From assembly GCF_046119375.1 (NCBI RefSeq), contig NW_027368008.1, positions 1 to 52,993 of the forward strand: 52,993 bases of DNA. Direction: 5' to 3'. The translations under genes were made by a program, and so were the position numbers. Origin of the DNA: Phyllobates terribilis. Lineage: Eukaryota. Shown here piece after piece: positions 12,706 through 23,138 of the stretch. The notes below the pieces were generated by a model. The model was not told where the DNA came from, did no database searches, and worked only from the letters and a program-made list of their open reading frames with translations. Each line of letters starts with the position of its first letter. Position 1 is the first letter of the stretch.

Positions 12706-15094
12706 TAAAAGAAAAAGTCCTCTCGCACAGAGGCGCCACAAAGCAGTTACAAGAGAAAAGGTAACAACCCTATAAGCTCTAAACATTCATTTCTCTCCTT
12801 AAAGTTACCAAAATAAACCAAGATGTGATATAGGTCGGAAGAGCAAAAGTCGCCACAGAATAAGGATAGAGTATTCCCTAGAAGCTGGGATCTAGACTAA
12901 GTTAAGGTACGTCGAAACGTAAAGCATGAAATACAACAGTATCATAACAGAAAAACCATAACATTGCATCGCGATGTAACAGGGAGACCCTTGTTACCAT
13001 ATATGAGAAACGTCACCTCAAGGAGCTCCAAGGCTAGAAAGGTAGAGCTTCGGTAAGTATAAACTTACACACAAAAAGCTAAGTATGCCATAAAAATACT
13101 AAGGTTCAGGGAAAACTATGCAGGTTTTTTTCAGGGACGGCTAAGACACAACAAGAAACGAGGAGACAACAGACCAAGGATCAAAGACAAGGATCGCGAG
13201 GATATAAGAATTCTTACGTATCATTCGAACTCCATGTTTTCCAGACTTCTTTTATTTTCCATGTTATGTAAATAGAATGTTCAAAGACTATAAGCCCTAC
13301 CTTTATATAAGTTTTATGGTATTAAATAGTATCCTCTCACTAAGACATGACACTCGCGACCCCCTTATTTCTACCTTTCATGCATGTGGTAATTTCCACA
13401 TAGCAGAAAAGGTAAGGGGTAGTAAAGGAGGATTGTGAGGGAAGCAAAACATAAAGCAAAGAAAGCATTTAAACAAAGCATTAAAACGAGCAAAAACAAT
13501 GTTATATTACAAGTCCCTTGGGACTACACCCAAAATATTGTCAAGTTCAGACAAGTCAAGCAAGAAATGATTCTAAGAGGTAGATTGAGGTGGGGAGGAT
13601 TGGCAGGGGGAGCATCATCTTTATCAGCACCTTTGATAGCATCTTTAGCAGCAGCGTGAGCCCTTCTCAGTTCTGAAAAGATAGTGGGGCCTCTTATCAC
13701 GTCACGCTCGCGACCAGGTGTGATCGGACTTTCCATGGGAGTGTCCTCGTTGTCCAAAGTGTAAGCACCAAGAGGAGGAGGGCTATAGCTCGACGTTATA
13801 AGAGGGTAGTCGAACAGTCTCTTCCCATCAAACTTGAAATTGGGAAAGCCCAGCTCAGCCTCCTAAAGCTTGGCCGCCTCATTGAATACTCAAATCTGGT
13901 ACTTAGAAAGAAAGTTCATGCGAGAAGCCTCGCGATGACCACTTGTGTATTCGTTGACCGCCTCCTCTTGATATATTTGAATGGCAATGACGTGATTCTC
14001 CGTTAAAGATTCGAGCTCGGTGACATGTCTCTCCTTTAAATCTTGGAGTTCAGTAGCCGGCACCTTGCAAGAACTATTTTTGGCCACCAGCTCCTTGACC
14101 CTTTTCTTCAGCTCCTCATCCTTCTCGGAAATCGTACGCTCTTGGAAAGATTTGCTAAGCTCTCTATGGCTCGAGTCTAGCTCATCGTAGTTCTTTAATA
14201 GGTCAGTCTTAGCACTCTTCAGACCTGTCTCGAACTTCTCCCCAGCCTCCATACAAAGTTGCACCGCCTAGAGACAGAAAAAAACAAATAAGAACGATGA
14301 AGAAGGGAGAAATGAGCAAACACAGTTCAAACTTACCTCCGTGAGAGGATGGATACCTCTGGTCGTATCATCTTTTATCATTCTCTCAAGTTACGGAGAG
14401 GGATTGGGCATGAGCAGTGTCCGGTTCATCGTACGTCTCACCAGATTCGGGGTAAGAAGAAAGCCCCCAGTACTCTGGCTCAAGACCCCCATAATGCTCA
14501 CAGAGAACTCGAATGACGCCTGAGTCAAAGAAGTAAGCACCATCTTCTCAACTTCTTTCCCTTTTTGCTTTTTCTTCGAAGGGTGAGGGGAGCTGCGAGA
14601 AGAGTTAGCCCTCTTACGGTGTAGTTGCTCTGACAAGGGAACAGAGTCCTCTTCAACGATTTTTGTGGTGGGAAGCATATGAGGGGGGTCCACCGGGTCA
14701 GGACCCATAGAGATGGACAAAGTGATGACGATATTAGCTGGCGCATGGTCTAGCCGAGGCTGGTGGTCCTCGTCATCTTCTATGATTAGGAAGTCAAAGC
14801 AATTTTCTGTTTCACAAGAAAACATAGATAAGAGTTAAGCAATCCGCAACACAAATAACGTGCATATCAAAGTTAAGTCTTCAAAGAGTCCTACTAGGAG
14901 GGGGAAGATGACTAAGACCACAACTTGCGAGAAACTCCATGGTTACGATGTCGTTATAATTATTCGAGCCAAGTTTAACGAAAGAACAAAAATCCTCCTT
15001 GGTCTTCTTGAGGTGCTCATCCGAGTATAAGGAAACCCACTCGCGAATCTCTATCACATGGACCTGGTGATTCACGTCATGCTCTTTGGCAGGC

Positions 15095-16365
15095 TGATTG
15101 GCGGCATTTCATACATCATAAGGAGTGGATATTAGCATCAACCATAGGCAAAAGAGGCCACAAATGGAGCATATGGCCGTAATCCAGACATCGCGGAGCA
15201 AAGTGTCTAATACAAGGATTATGTGCACAAGGAAGAAGGCGCAGAAAGCGGAGAGCAAGCACGGGCCGAGAAGAGAAGAGAAAAGAGGCAAACTGCCTGG
15301 GCGCGACCGCGCCAGAGCTCACGCGACCAAGACAAGGCAGCTGCCCAGTGGTGGGACCGCGCCACACAAGACGCGACCGCGCTTGACGTTCTGCAGATAG
15401 CGCGATCGTGCCGTTAGACGCGTGCCCGCGCCTTCACTAATTCCAACGTCCCGCGAAGTCCGACTTTGTGGGCTTAAATGGGCTTTTCTACCTAGGTTTT
15501 GTACAGTTTCGGGCTAGGCTTTCCACATACTTTAATTTAGGGTTTTGCTTTCTTATAAATAGAGGAGCTTTGCCTCCTCCCAATCATCACATTTCTCAAA
15601 GAATAATAGAATAGTTTTGTTAGGATGAAGAGGGAGTAATCTCCTTTGCTTTGTTCTCCGGGCTAAGGCCTGCGGAGGTAATGGGTATGTAGATTTCCTC
15701 CTTTGGTTCTAATAATATGTTAATGTGTTGTTTTAATCTCTTGGTTGTTTAGTTATTGATTGCAATATGTTTATATGGCTTAGATACCTAGGTTTACATG
15801 TTTCCTTCATATAGCCAAGGCTTGGTTTATCCTAGTTGGAGAACCTTGTCTACTTAGTGGCATAAATCTCTACTTGGACTAGTTGGACTTGTAGGATAGG
15901 GAGATTAATGAGGTGTAGGCGCCAAGGTCAATACACTTTCCTATTTATTCATGAACTTAATGTTGCCTAGGATTTAGTCTTGATAGTTTCATGGATTGAT
16001 TGGTAGGTAAGACGCTATTAGGACTAGTTGACCTATTTAGCGACTCTAGTACATGGATTAGGACAAACATAGCATATAATAAAGGAGATTGAACCCAAGT
16101 TGTAATAGAAAATCAATGATCAAACCCATAACTTCGTAGGTAGATGCTTAGGAGAACAAAGCGCTTGCTTTTATTAGTTTTCCAAATCAATCAATCATAT
16201 TTCCCCCCTTTTCCCTTTATTTATTATAAAGTTAATTGTTTTGCAAAGACAAGATCGGACCCAGAGACTCCTTGTGGGATCGACTCTTACTTGTTGCCAC
16301 TCTACACCTGTAGAGAAATAAGCTACGGATTACTTTGACCGGATTGCCTATGACATCGTCCGTCA
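15095..16365 (+). mobile_element. Athila-like solo LTR 2 (1271 bp)
   Basis: Begins TGATTGGCGG and ends CATCGTCCGTCA. TSD caggc/taggc with one C>T difference. Contains ctataaata (~15555) and ctccttgtgggatcgac near the 3' end, plus GCGCGACCGCGC repeats at about 15298-15420. Confidence 0.8.
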
Positions 16366-16828
16366 TAGGCTTCACCAAAATCCATCAGTGAAGGCACCCC
16401 ACCTCGTTGCTCGACATTTTATATTGAGGGTTATACTTGCAGGAGCAAGTAATTAGACCCCAGTTGTAAGAGAAGGGCTTGTACAAAGCGCAGAAGAGGT
16501 GAGCAGAAGGAGTATAGCCGATCTCCTGGCACCGAAGCTGAAAAGCCGCCACGTACCTCTAAAAGTTTGGGTGAAGTTGTGTAGGGCTTAGTTGCTCCTC
16601 CTCGAGAATGTCTCTCATAAACTGAGGGATCGGGAGCCTGAAGTCTGTCCATAGAGCGTGCCGACTAAGGGGGGAAATACTCACCATAATCGTCGAGGTA
16701 TTCCCCACTCGTGATCTGCAAAGTGAGAACAGTCCCCCGAGGGAAGGGAAACTCCTTGGCGTAATCCGCTAAGTGAAGGGTCTTGACCGTAGATTGTGAG
16801 GGCTTGATATTCTTGCCCGGAAGAGTAC

Positions 16829-18450
16829 TGACGGAGGCGATTGTCGTGATCGCCAAGATCAAAGTAAAGTCCCAACTCATATTTCACTAGTACAGTGGTA
16901 AGTAGGGGTCGAATCCCAAGAGAGTCAGTGATAGTCTATTTCTATGATGCAACTAGAACATAACCAGAGGGGTTTTTTGTTGCTGTATGTAACTAACGTA
17001 TTTAAATCAATGAAAGTAGTAAGAGATTGTTGTAACAATGATTGGGAGAATGATCTCACTTCCTTTGTATCCACACAATGTTCATGATAGATTGTTGATC
17101 ATCGAATTCTACTAACATATGTTCATATCGTATAATTTAGTTGTCCTACTCTTTGTTCGTAAATAGCAACTAGTCCAAATAGTCCTAGAAACCCTTATTG
17201 TAATCAATAACCAAGGAAATCCCAAGGTTCAAAAGCACAATAGCATAAAGATCAAAGATAAGTAGGCTCATGCAATACCATTGGCAAATAGCCGATACTC
17301 GACATGAGTTCATAATCTCTACACAATAAGCACTCGCAAATAGTCTATGCAAATCATGCTCGCTACCTAAAGGTCAAGGCTTTTCAAATAGAATTGTCAA
17401 GTCCTAGCAATATGAATGATAATAACTAAACCTAGCGTGCACTCTAGATGAAATCAAGATCAAACAATAATAATATAAAGCACAAGAGATTATGAAACAA
17501 TCCTCAAATTAAACCAAAACATATGAGTTTGAATTCTCACAACAAATCTAAGAACAAAGGTTTCAACTTGGAAGTGAACTACAATGGATTTAGTTACTCA
17601 TGGCCATAGAAGCCATGAATAACAATGGATGAAGGTAGAAAACGAACCAATGTATGATGAACGATGAAGAACTCTCCCAAGCAAGCCTCCCAAAACATAA
17701 ACTAGAATTTCTCCTCCTAAGTTATCTACTTATATAGTCTTCAACTCAAAAGGAATAAAATAACTGAAACAAATACTAAAAGATATGGAAATCCTATAAA
17801 ATAATAATAAAAATCTCGCAAAGAACATCATCCCGGGACCGTCATCTCGACCGAGATCTCACATTCTCGATCGAGATTCTTCCCTGTATAGATTCTGATC
17901 ACTCCTATCTCGACCGAGATCACACATTCTCGATCGAGATCTTCACTTCTCGGTCGAGATACATCCTTCTCAATCGAGATCTTCACTGCAGAAACTTCTG
18001 ATAATACTTTCTCGACCGAGATTGGTAATTCTCGATCGAGATCTTCACTTCTCGGTCGAGATTCCTGGCTTTCGATCGAGATTTGCATCTCTGAATGTCT
18101 TCTAAGTTTCTGTTGCTCTTTCTCGGTCGAGATCCCTCTTCCTCGGTCGAGATTCTTCACTGCTAAGGTGATATGCAACTCCACAAGCTTCGAGGCAGCT
18201 CGGCTTCGCCTCTTAGCTTCTCCAACGGTGTAGGCGTGGCTAATCTTCATCTAGCTCCATCCCGAATGTACTAAAGACGAGCACAAGCGGGATCTCCAAT
18301 ACAGAAGCCATAAAAACGCTTACGAGCATTCCGCGAATCTACAAATGAACTCCTAACCTAGATTCCGGAATTACCACTCGTCAAGCACCTAAATACCACT
18401 AAACCTAAACTAATAGTCGCTGGTTAACACCATATAATAAGCTCCTATCA
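16829..18450 (-). mobile_element. Athila-like solo LTR 3 (1622 bp)
   Basis: In element orientation it starts TGATAGGAGC and ends CCTCCGTCA. Perfect TSD AGTAC at 16824-16828 and 18451-18455. Contains ggggtcgaatccc near its 3' end. Confidence 0.88.
17845..18152. repeat. Array of 12 quasi-palindromic TCTCGA(T/C)CGAGA 12-mers inside solo LTR 3
   Basis: Copies at 17845, 17865, 17908, 17928, 17948, 17968, 18010, 18030, 18050, 18070, 18121 and 18141. Confidence 0.9.
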
Positions 18451-18584
18451 AGTACACTTTACAGGGGATACTCGACCATCCAAGATCAGGACGGGAGAAG
18501 CGTGAGTTACTACCACGACAGGAAGTTCGCAAGGTACGTAATGAACGAAAGGCAGGGGTGGTGGAAAGGTGTCATAGAAGATCT

Positions 18585-19722
18585 CTTGCGACCTAGGGAC
18601 GATTGTCTGGGAACTCGGACCCGCCTCGTCTCTAGTACACCCACGAACCTCATCCCTCTCGTCGGCCAAAGCACGAAAGAGGCTCGACGTGGACGACGAG
18701 TCTATAGAAACCTTTGAGCTTCGTACAGAGGATGTACTACTCACTACAAAGAGAAGAGAAAGAGTCAGTTTTCCCGGTATAAGCAACCTCGCAAAGATAA
18801 GGAAAGGGTTCGTTGTCAACCCTCATCGACAGGAAAAATGAACAAGGGAAGAGAATCTTCGCGAGGTACCAGAAAACTATGACTTGAGAAAAGAAAAGAA
18901 AATAAATGATAAAAAGGTAAAAATCATGTGTATTGAGTCGCGCAAGCTCAATACACATGATTTTTATCTCTTCCCTTCTTCTCTCTCTCTCTCTCCCCTC
19001 TTCCCTTATCTTCTCTTTCTCTTCATTCTGGCAAAGACATATTAGGGTTCTATTGTATCCCAATATCGAGTGTTGAGGGGGAGCGACTTAGGAGTAGCCA
19101 GTTTTGCAGACAAAGACTTCGACTAAAGAAGGACGAAGGCGATTGAAGGAGGAGGAAAGTGATTGGAGAAGAAGGAGGAAGGCGATTGGAGACGATGGAG
19201 GAAGGATATTGAAGACGAAAGTTCTCGAGTCGAACCAGGTGATCGAAGACGATGGCTTTGAAGGCGATTGAAGAACAAGGAAGGCTAACAAAGGTATCGA
19301 TACGGGGGGTTTGTTATAATTAGGTTTAGATTTGGGGTTTTTGAAATTAGGGTTTTAAATTGGGATTTCACGGTCTCGATTTGGGAATTTGAATTGGGGG
19401 TTTCAAATTAGGGTTCAGAATTATGGATTTTAGGGTTGTGAATTGCCAAATTTTAATCACAGGTTTTAGATTAGGGATTTTAGTTAGGGATTTAAAATTA
19501 GGGTTTCGAATTGTGGATTTCAGGTTGTGAATTGCCGATTTCAATTGCGAGTTTGAATTTGGGGTTTTAATTGGGGATTTCAAATTAGGGTTCCGAATTA
19601 TGGATTTCAGGTTGTGAATTTGTCGATTTGAATTGCATGTTTGAAATTAGAGTTTTTCGATTTGGGGTTTTTAATTTGTGGTTTTGATTTGGGGAATTAA
19701 AATGGGGATTTCAATTAGGGTT
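18585..19722. repeat. Copy A of a ~1.1-kb direct duplication (Tat antisense-gene 5' part plus TTAGGGTTT-rich segment)
   Basis: Aligns closely with 21848-22945 from cttg(c/t)gacctagggac to atttcaattagggtt. ORFs 18448-18819 and 21807-22082 are near-identical at their N-termini. Confidence 0.92.
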
Positions 19723-19849
19723 CTGATGGCGGTTTTCCAATTTCAACTTTCTAATATATCTAGGATTTTCAGTTAAGGGTTAGGTATTAGGTCATAAAAA
19801 CTAAAGGCAGGCAACATAGAAGTATAAAAACTACTAAGATACAAGTTTA

Positions 19850-21204
19850 AAAAAATGAAGACCAAAATTAAAACATATGTTTGCAAGGGATCACAGAACA
19901 TATCATAAGAAGTGCCCTCATCCTAGCCCTTCATGCTTGATGATAGGTTATGTCTACACTGTGCTCCCTCTTTATAATAGATATAAGGATCCTCCCTATA
20001 ATGCTCAAGATATCTTTTATCCAACCATTTGGATGTCATCTTTGTATTCTTATTTATGCCCAAAGATAAATTACTTAAGTTGAAAAGTACCATCTACTCC
20101 CATTTTTCTTGCTAAAGCTTCAAAACTGCACAATTCTTCTTGCGCACACTTTTTCTTGTTGTGCTTCAACACACATCAACACTTATGTAAACAATATACA
20201 TATATCATGGTGCCATCATTATGTAGATAGTAACAATCAAATCCATTTTAAAGTGTAAATTATCTCAAAGACTTTATAAATATGTCATTGGAAGCAAATC
20301 TCATACCAGACTTCAGTTCAATTTTACTCTTAAAATCAACTAAAGGGTTGAATTCAGGATACCTGTATCTTTTCTCATCATCCGACCCATTGTCGCTTCT
20401 ATAATCATTAGTATATACTTTTATATCAAACAAGTCATCACCATCTCTTTCAACGTCATCATGACCCAAATACATCTGGATCCACATTCTGATCAAAGTC
20501 TATATCATCATCTAACTCTTCACCAATACATCTTCAGTGAAAACCTTATCTTTACAGCTTTTAGAACCTAGAAATTCCCCATCTAAAAAATTGTTATCTT
20601 CAAGGACGGAATTTAAGGGAGGAGAAGTAGATTTGGCAGAGTTGATAGGAATGGATATGGGGATAGGGATAACAAGTTCTTTCCCTTTTATGGTTAGAGT
20701 AGAATTGGGGATTGGTTGCATCTGGAACTAGAGTGACGAGTAACCTTCAGTTTTGGGTTAAGGGAAATCGGGTTGGGAGTGAGCAATAGGCCAACTGTGT
20801 TGGACAAAATATTAGCATTGGCTACCTAAAACTCATTGGCTCCTTACACTGTCCCCTTTTGAAAGCCCGAGTAAGACATGTGGAGCTTGTGAATTCAGTA
20901 CATCACCTTGAACAACATACACTTGTAGTGTATTATCTTTTTCACAAGATTTATATAATTGTCTTATATCATTATCACCCATAATTTATTATATTCTCCT
21001 ATGTAAAGGAAGACCTACTCTACAGAACCATAACTCCCTCACATCATTAATCCCAACTCCCTCTTTTATATAATCTTCAAGCTCCATCTTAGACATCAAG
21101 TCTGGATCAACATTCTTTTTGACATAAACTAGTATTTTCCTATAGAAAATGTTCCCCTCCATACTAAGATAGAAACTTCCCCCATGTAGAGAATTTATAT
21201 TCAC
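19850..21204 (-). mobile_element. Mutator-like (MULE/MuDR) transposase remnant
   Basis: N-terminal INSLHGGSF...NVDPDLMSKMEL. MuDR domain YPEFNPLVDFKSKIELKSGMRFAS..IFIKSLR. MTSKWLDKRYLEHYREDP near 19990-20045. Frameshifted; no TIRs recognised. Confidence 0.8.
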
Positions 21205-21292
21205 ACTTATCTGTCAAATCATACATATACAATAAATTTTGTCAATATGGCACGCATGAATGTAACAACATGGAATACAACGAGAAAGCTAA

Positions 21293-21650
21293 TACCATCT
21301 ACAATAGTGATATTCCAAGTATCATAGGCCATTTTTAAAAAGAAAAATAAAATAATGTGTAGAGTTTTTTAGTATTTCAAAATCTTCATTAGACTTGAGT
21401 ATCATGTTTGTGATACTCAATCTTACACATTTTATGATATAATGGGTCCACTTTCTATCATTTTTTATTTAAAAAATGTTAAAGAAATAGAATAGATGTA
21501 CTTAATACATATAATAATATAAACAGATAAAAAATAAAAGATTATGATACTCTATGTGAGTATGATCGTGATATAATATGATATGGAGGAGAAAAAATAT
21601 AAAAAAAACTAGTATGATATTCTAGGTGAGTATCACCATTGAAAATGCTC
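21293..21650. mobile_element. Tourist (PIF/Harbinger)-like MITE
   Basis: Ends taccatctacaatagtgata / tatcaccattgaaaatgctc with TAA on both flanks. Same family as 35680-36030. Confidence 0.72.
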
Positions 21651-21847
21651 TAAGGGCATGAAAACAACAAAAAATCAGCTTTTCACATGCTTTATAATAA
21701 GCAATTTTGTCGTTTAAAATAGCTTCACATGTTTCATGGAAGATTCCTTACACTCCAAAGTAGTGACAAAATCATTCTTACATATGCGTTTTGATTCCAC
21801 TATAATTCATACGTGTTCAATTATCAACCAAGCCTTCACTGATTTTC

Positions 21848-22945
21848 CTTGTGACCTAGGGACGATTGCTTGGGAACTCGGACCCGCCTCGTCTCCAGTA
21901 CACCTACGAACCTCATCCCTCTCGTCATCCAAAGCATGAAAGAGGCTCGACGTGGACGAGGAGTCTATAGAAACCTCTGAGCTTCGTACAGAGGATGTAC
22001 TACTCACTGCAAAGAGAAGAGAAAGAGTCAGTTTTCCAGGTATAAGCATCCTCGCAAAGATAAGGAAAGGGTTCGTTGTCAACCATCGTTGACAGGAAAA
22101 ATGAACAAGGGGAGAGAATCTTCGCGAGGTACCCAGAAAACTATGACTTGAGAAAAGAAAAGAAAAGAAATGATAAAAAGGTAAAAATCATATGTATTGA
22201 GTCGCGCAAGCCCCCCCCCCCCCCCTTTCCCTTATCTTCTCTTTCTCTTCATTCTGGCAAAGACAGATTAGGGTTCTATTGTATCCCAATATCGAGTGTT
22301 GAGGGGGAGCGACTTAGGAGTAGTCAGTTTTGCAGACAAAGACTTCGAAGAAAGAAGGACGAAGGCGATTGAAGAAGGAGGAAAGTGATTGGAGAAGAAG
22401 GAGGAAGGCGATTGGAGACAATGGAGGAAGGATATTGAAAACGAAAGTTCTCGAGTCGAACCAGGTGATCAAAGACGATGACTTTGGAGGCGATTGAAGA
22501 ACAAGGAAGGCTAACAAAGGTATCGATACGGGGGTTGTTATAATTAGGGTTTAGATTTGGGGTTTTGAAATTAGGGTTTTAAATTGGGGATTTCACGGTC
22601 TCAATTTGGGAATTTGAATTGGGGGTTTCAAATTAGGGTTCAGAATTATGGATTTTAGGGTTGTGAATTGCAAAATTTTAATTGCAGGTTTCAGATTAGG
22701 GAATTTAGTTAGGGATTTAAAATTAGGGTTTCGAATTGTGGATTTCAGGTTGTGAATTGCCGATTTCAATTGCGAGTTTGAATTCGGGGTTTTAATTGAG
22801 GTTTCAATTTAGGGATTTCAAATTAGGGTTCCGAATTATGGATTTCAGGTTGTGAATTTGTCGATTTGAATTGCATGTTTGAAATTAGAGTTTTTAATTT
22901 GTGGTTTTGATTTGGGGAATTAAAATGGGGATTTCAATTAGGGTT
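21848..22945. repeat. Copy B of the ~1.1-kb direct duplication
   Basis: Direct copy of 18585-19722, with a C15 run at 22211-22225 where copy A has a hairpin arm. Confidence 0.92.
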
Positions 22946-23138
22946 TCGAATTGTGGACTTCAGGTTGTGAATTGCCGATCTAAAGTCCACCACCCGCTCA
23001 TATAAACGAGTGGACCGGACTAGCCGGACAAGATGCGTAAATTATCATATTCATACACATCCATTTTTCTGGACAGACTGGGCAGACACAGAAGCCGGTC
23101 CAGTTTTGCTCAGATCTATGAGCATGATATATCGGGTA

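Larger units (their letters stand above)
13524..18819 (-). pseudogene. Antisense extra ORF of the Tat element (Transposase_28-like N-part, coiled-coil C-part), two introns, interrupted by two solo LTRs
   Basis: Removing solo LTRs 2 and 3 rejoins the frame (VKCT|LPGKNIK). Motif FRLPIPQFMRDILEEEQLSPTQLHPN.*RYVAAFQLRCQEIG. GT-AG introns 14894-14807 and 14336-14268 join ORFs 14881-15075, 14391-14825 and 13890-14264 in frame. Confidence 0.75.
4562..19300 (+). mobile_element. Decayed Ty3/gypsy LTR retrotransposon, Tat lineage (Retand-like); 3' LTR not found; carries nested insertions
   Basis: 5' LTR, then gag-PR-RT-RH-aRH-INT, then a long 3' extra region with a tandem array and an antisense ORF. 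An additional archaeal-type RNase H between RH and INT is the Tat (Retand/Ogre) arrangement. The right boundary is approximate. Confidence 0.88.

Noticed and set aside
16622-16685. Third intron in the Tat antisense gene (G|GTGAGT ... CAG|)
   Set aside because: Splicing leads into the wrong frame. A single extra C in the C-run restores the conserved FRLP..F..IL...LSP.QL.PN frame without an intron.
17828-18250. 140-aa repetitive ORF (DLDRE/ISVE repeats)
   Set aside because: It is a by-product of the palindrome array inside solo LTR 3.
19317-19722. TTAGGG-rich block (also 22543-22945) as an interstitial telomere
   Set aside because: The motifs are dispersed ATTAGGGTTT teloboxes separated by other sequence, not tandem TTTAGGG.
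19300-23100. 3' LTR of the Tat element
   Set aside because: No second copy of 4562-5155 was seen anywhere in the window, so no TSD or age can be given.
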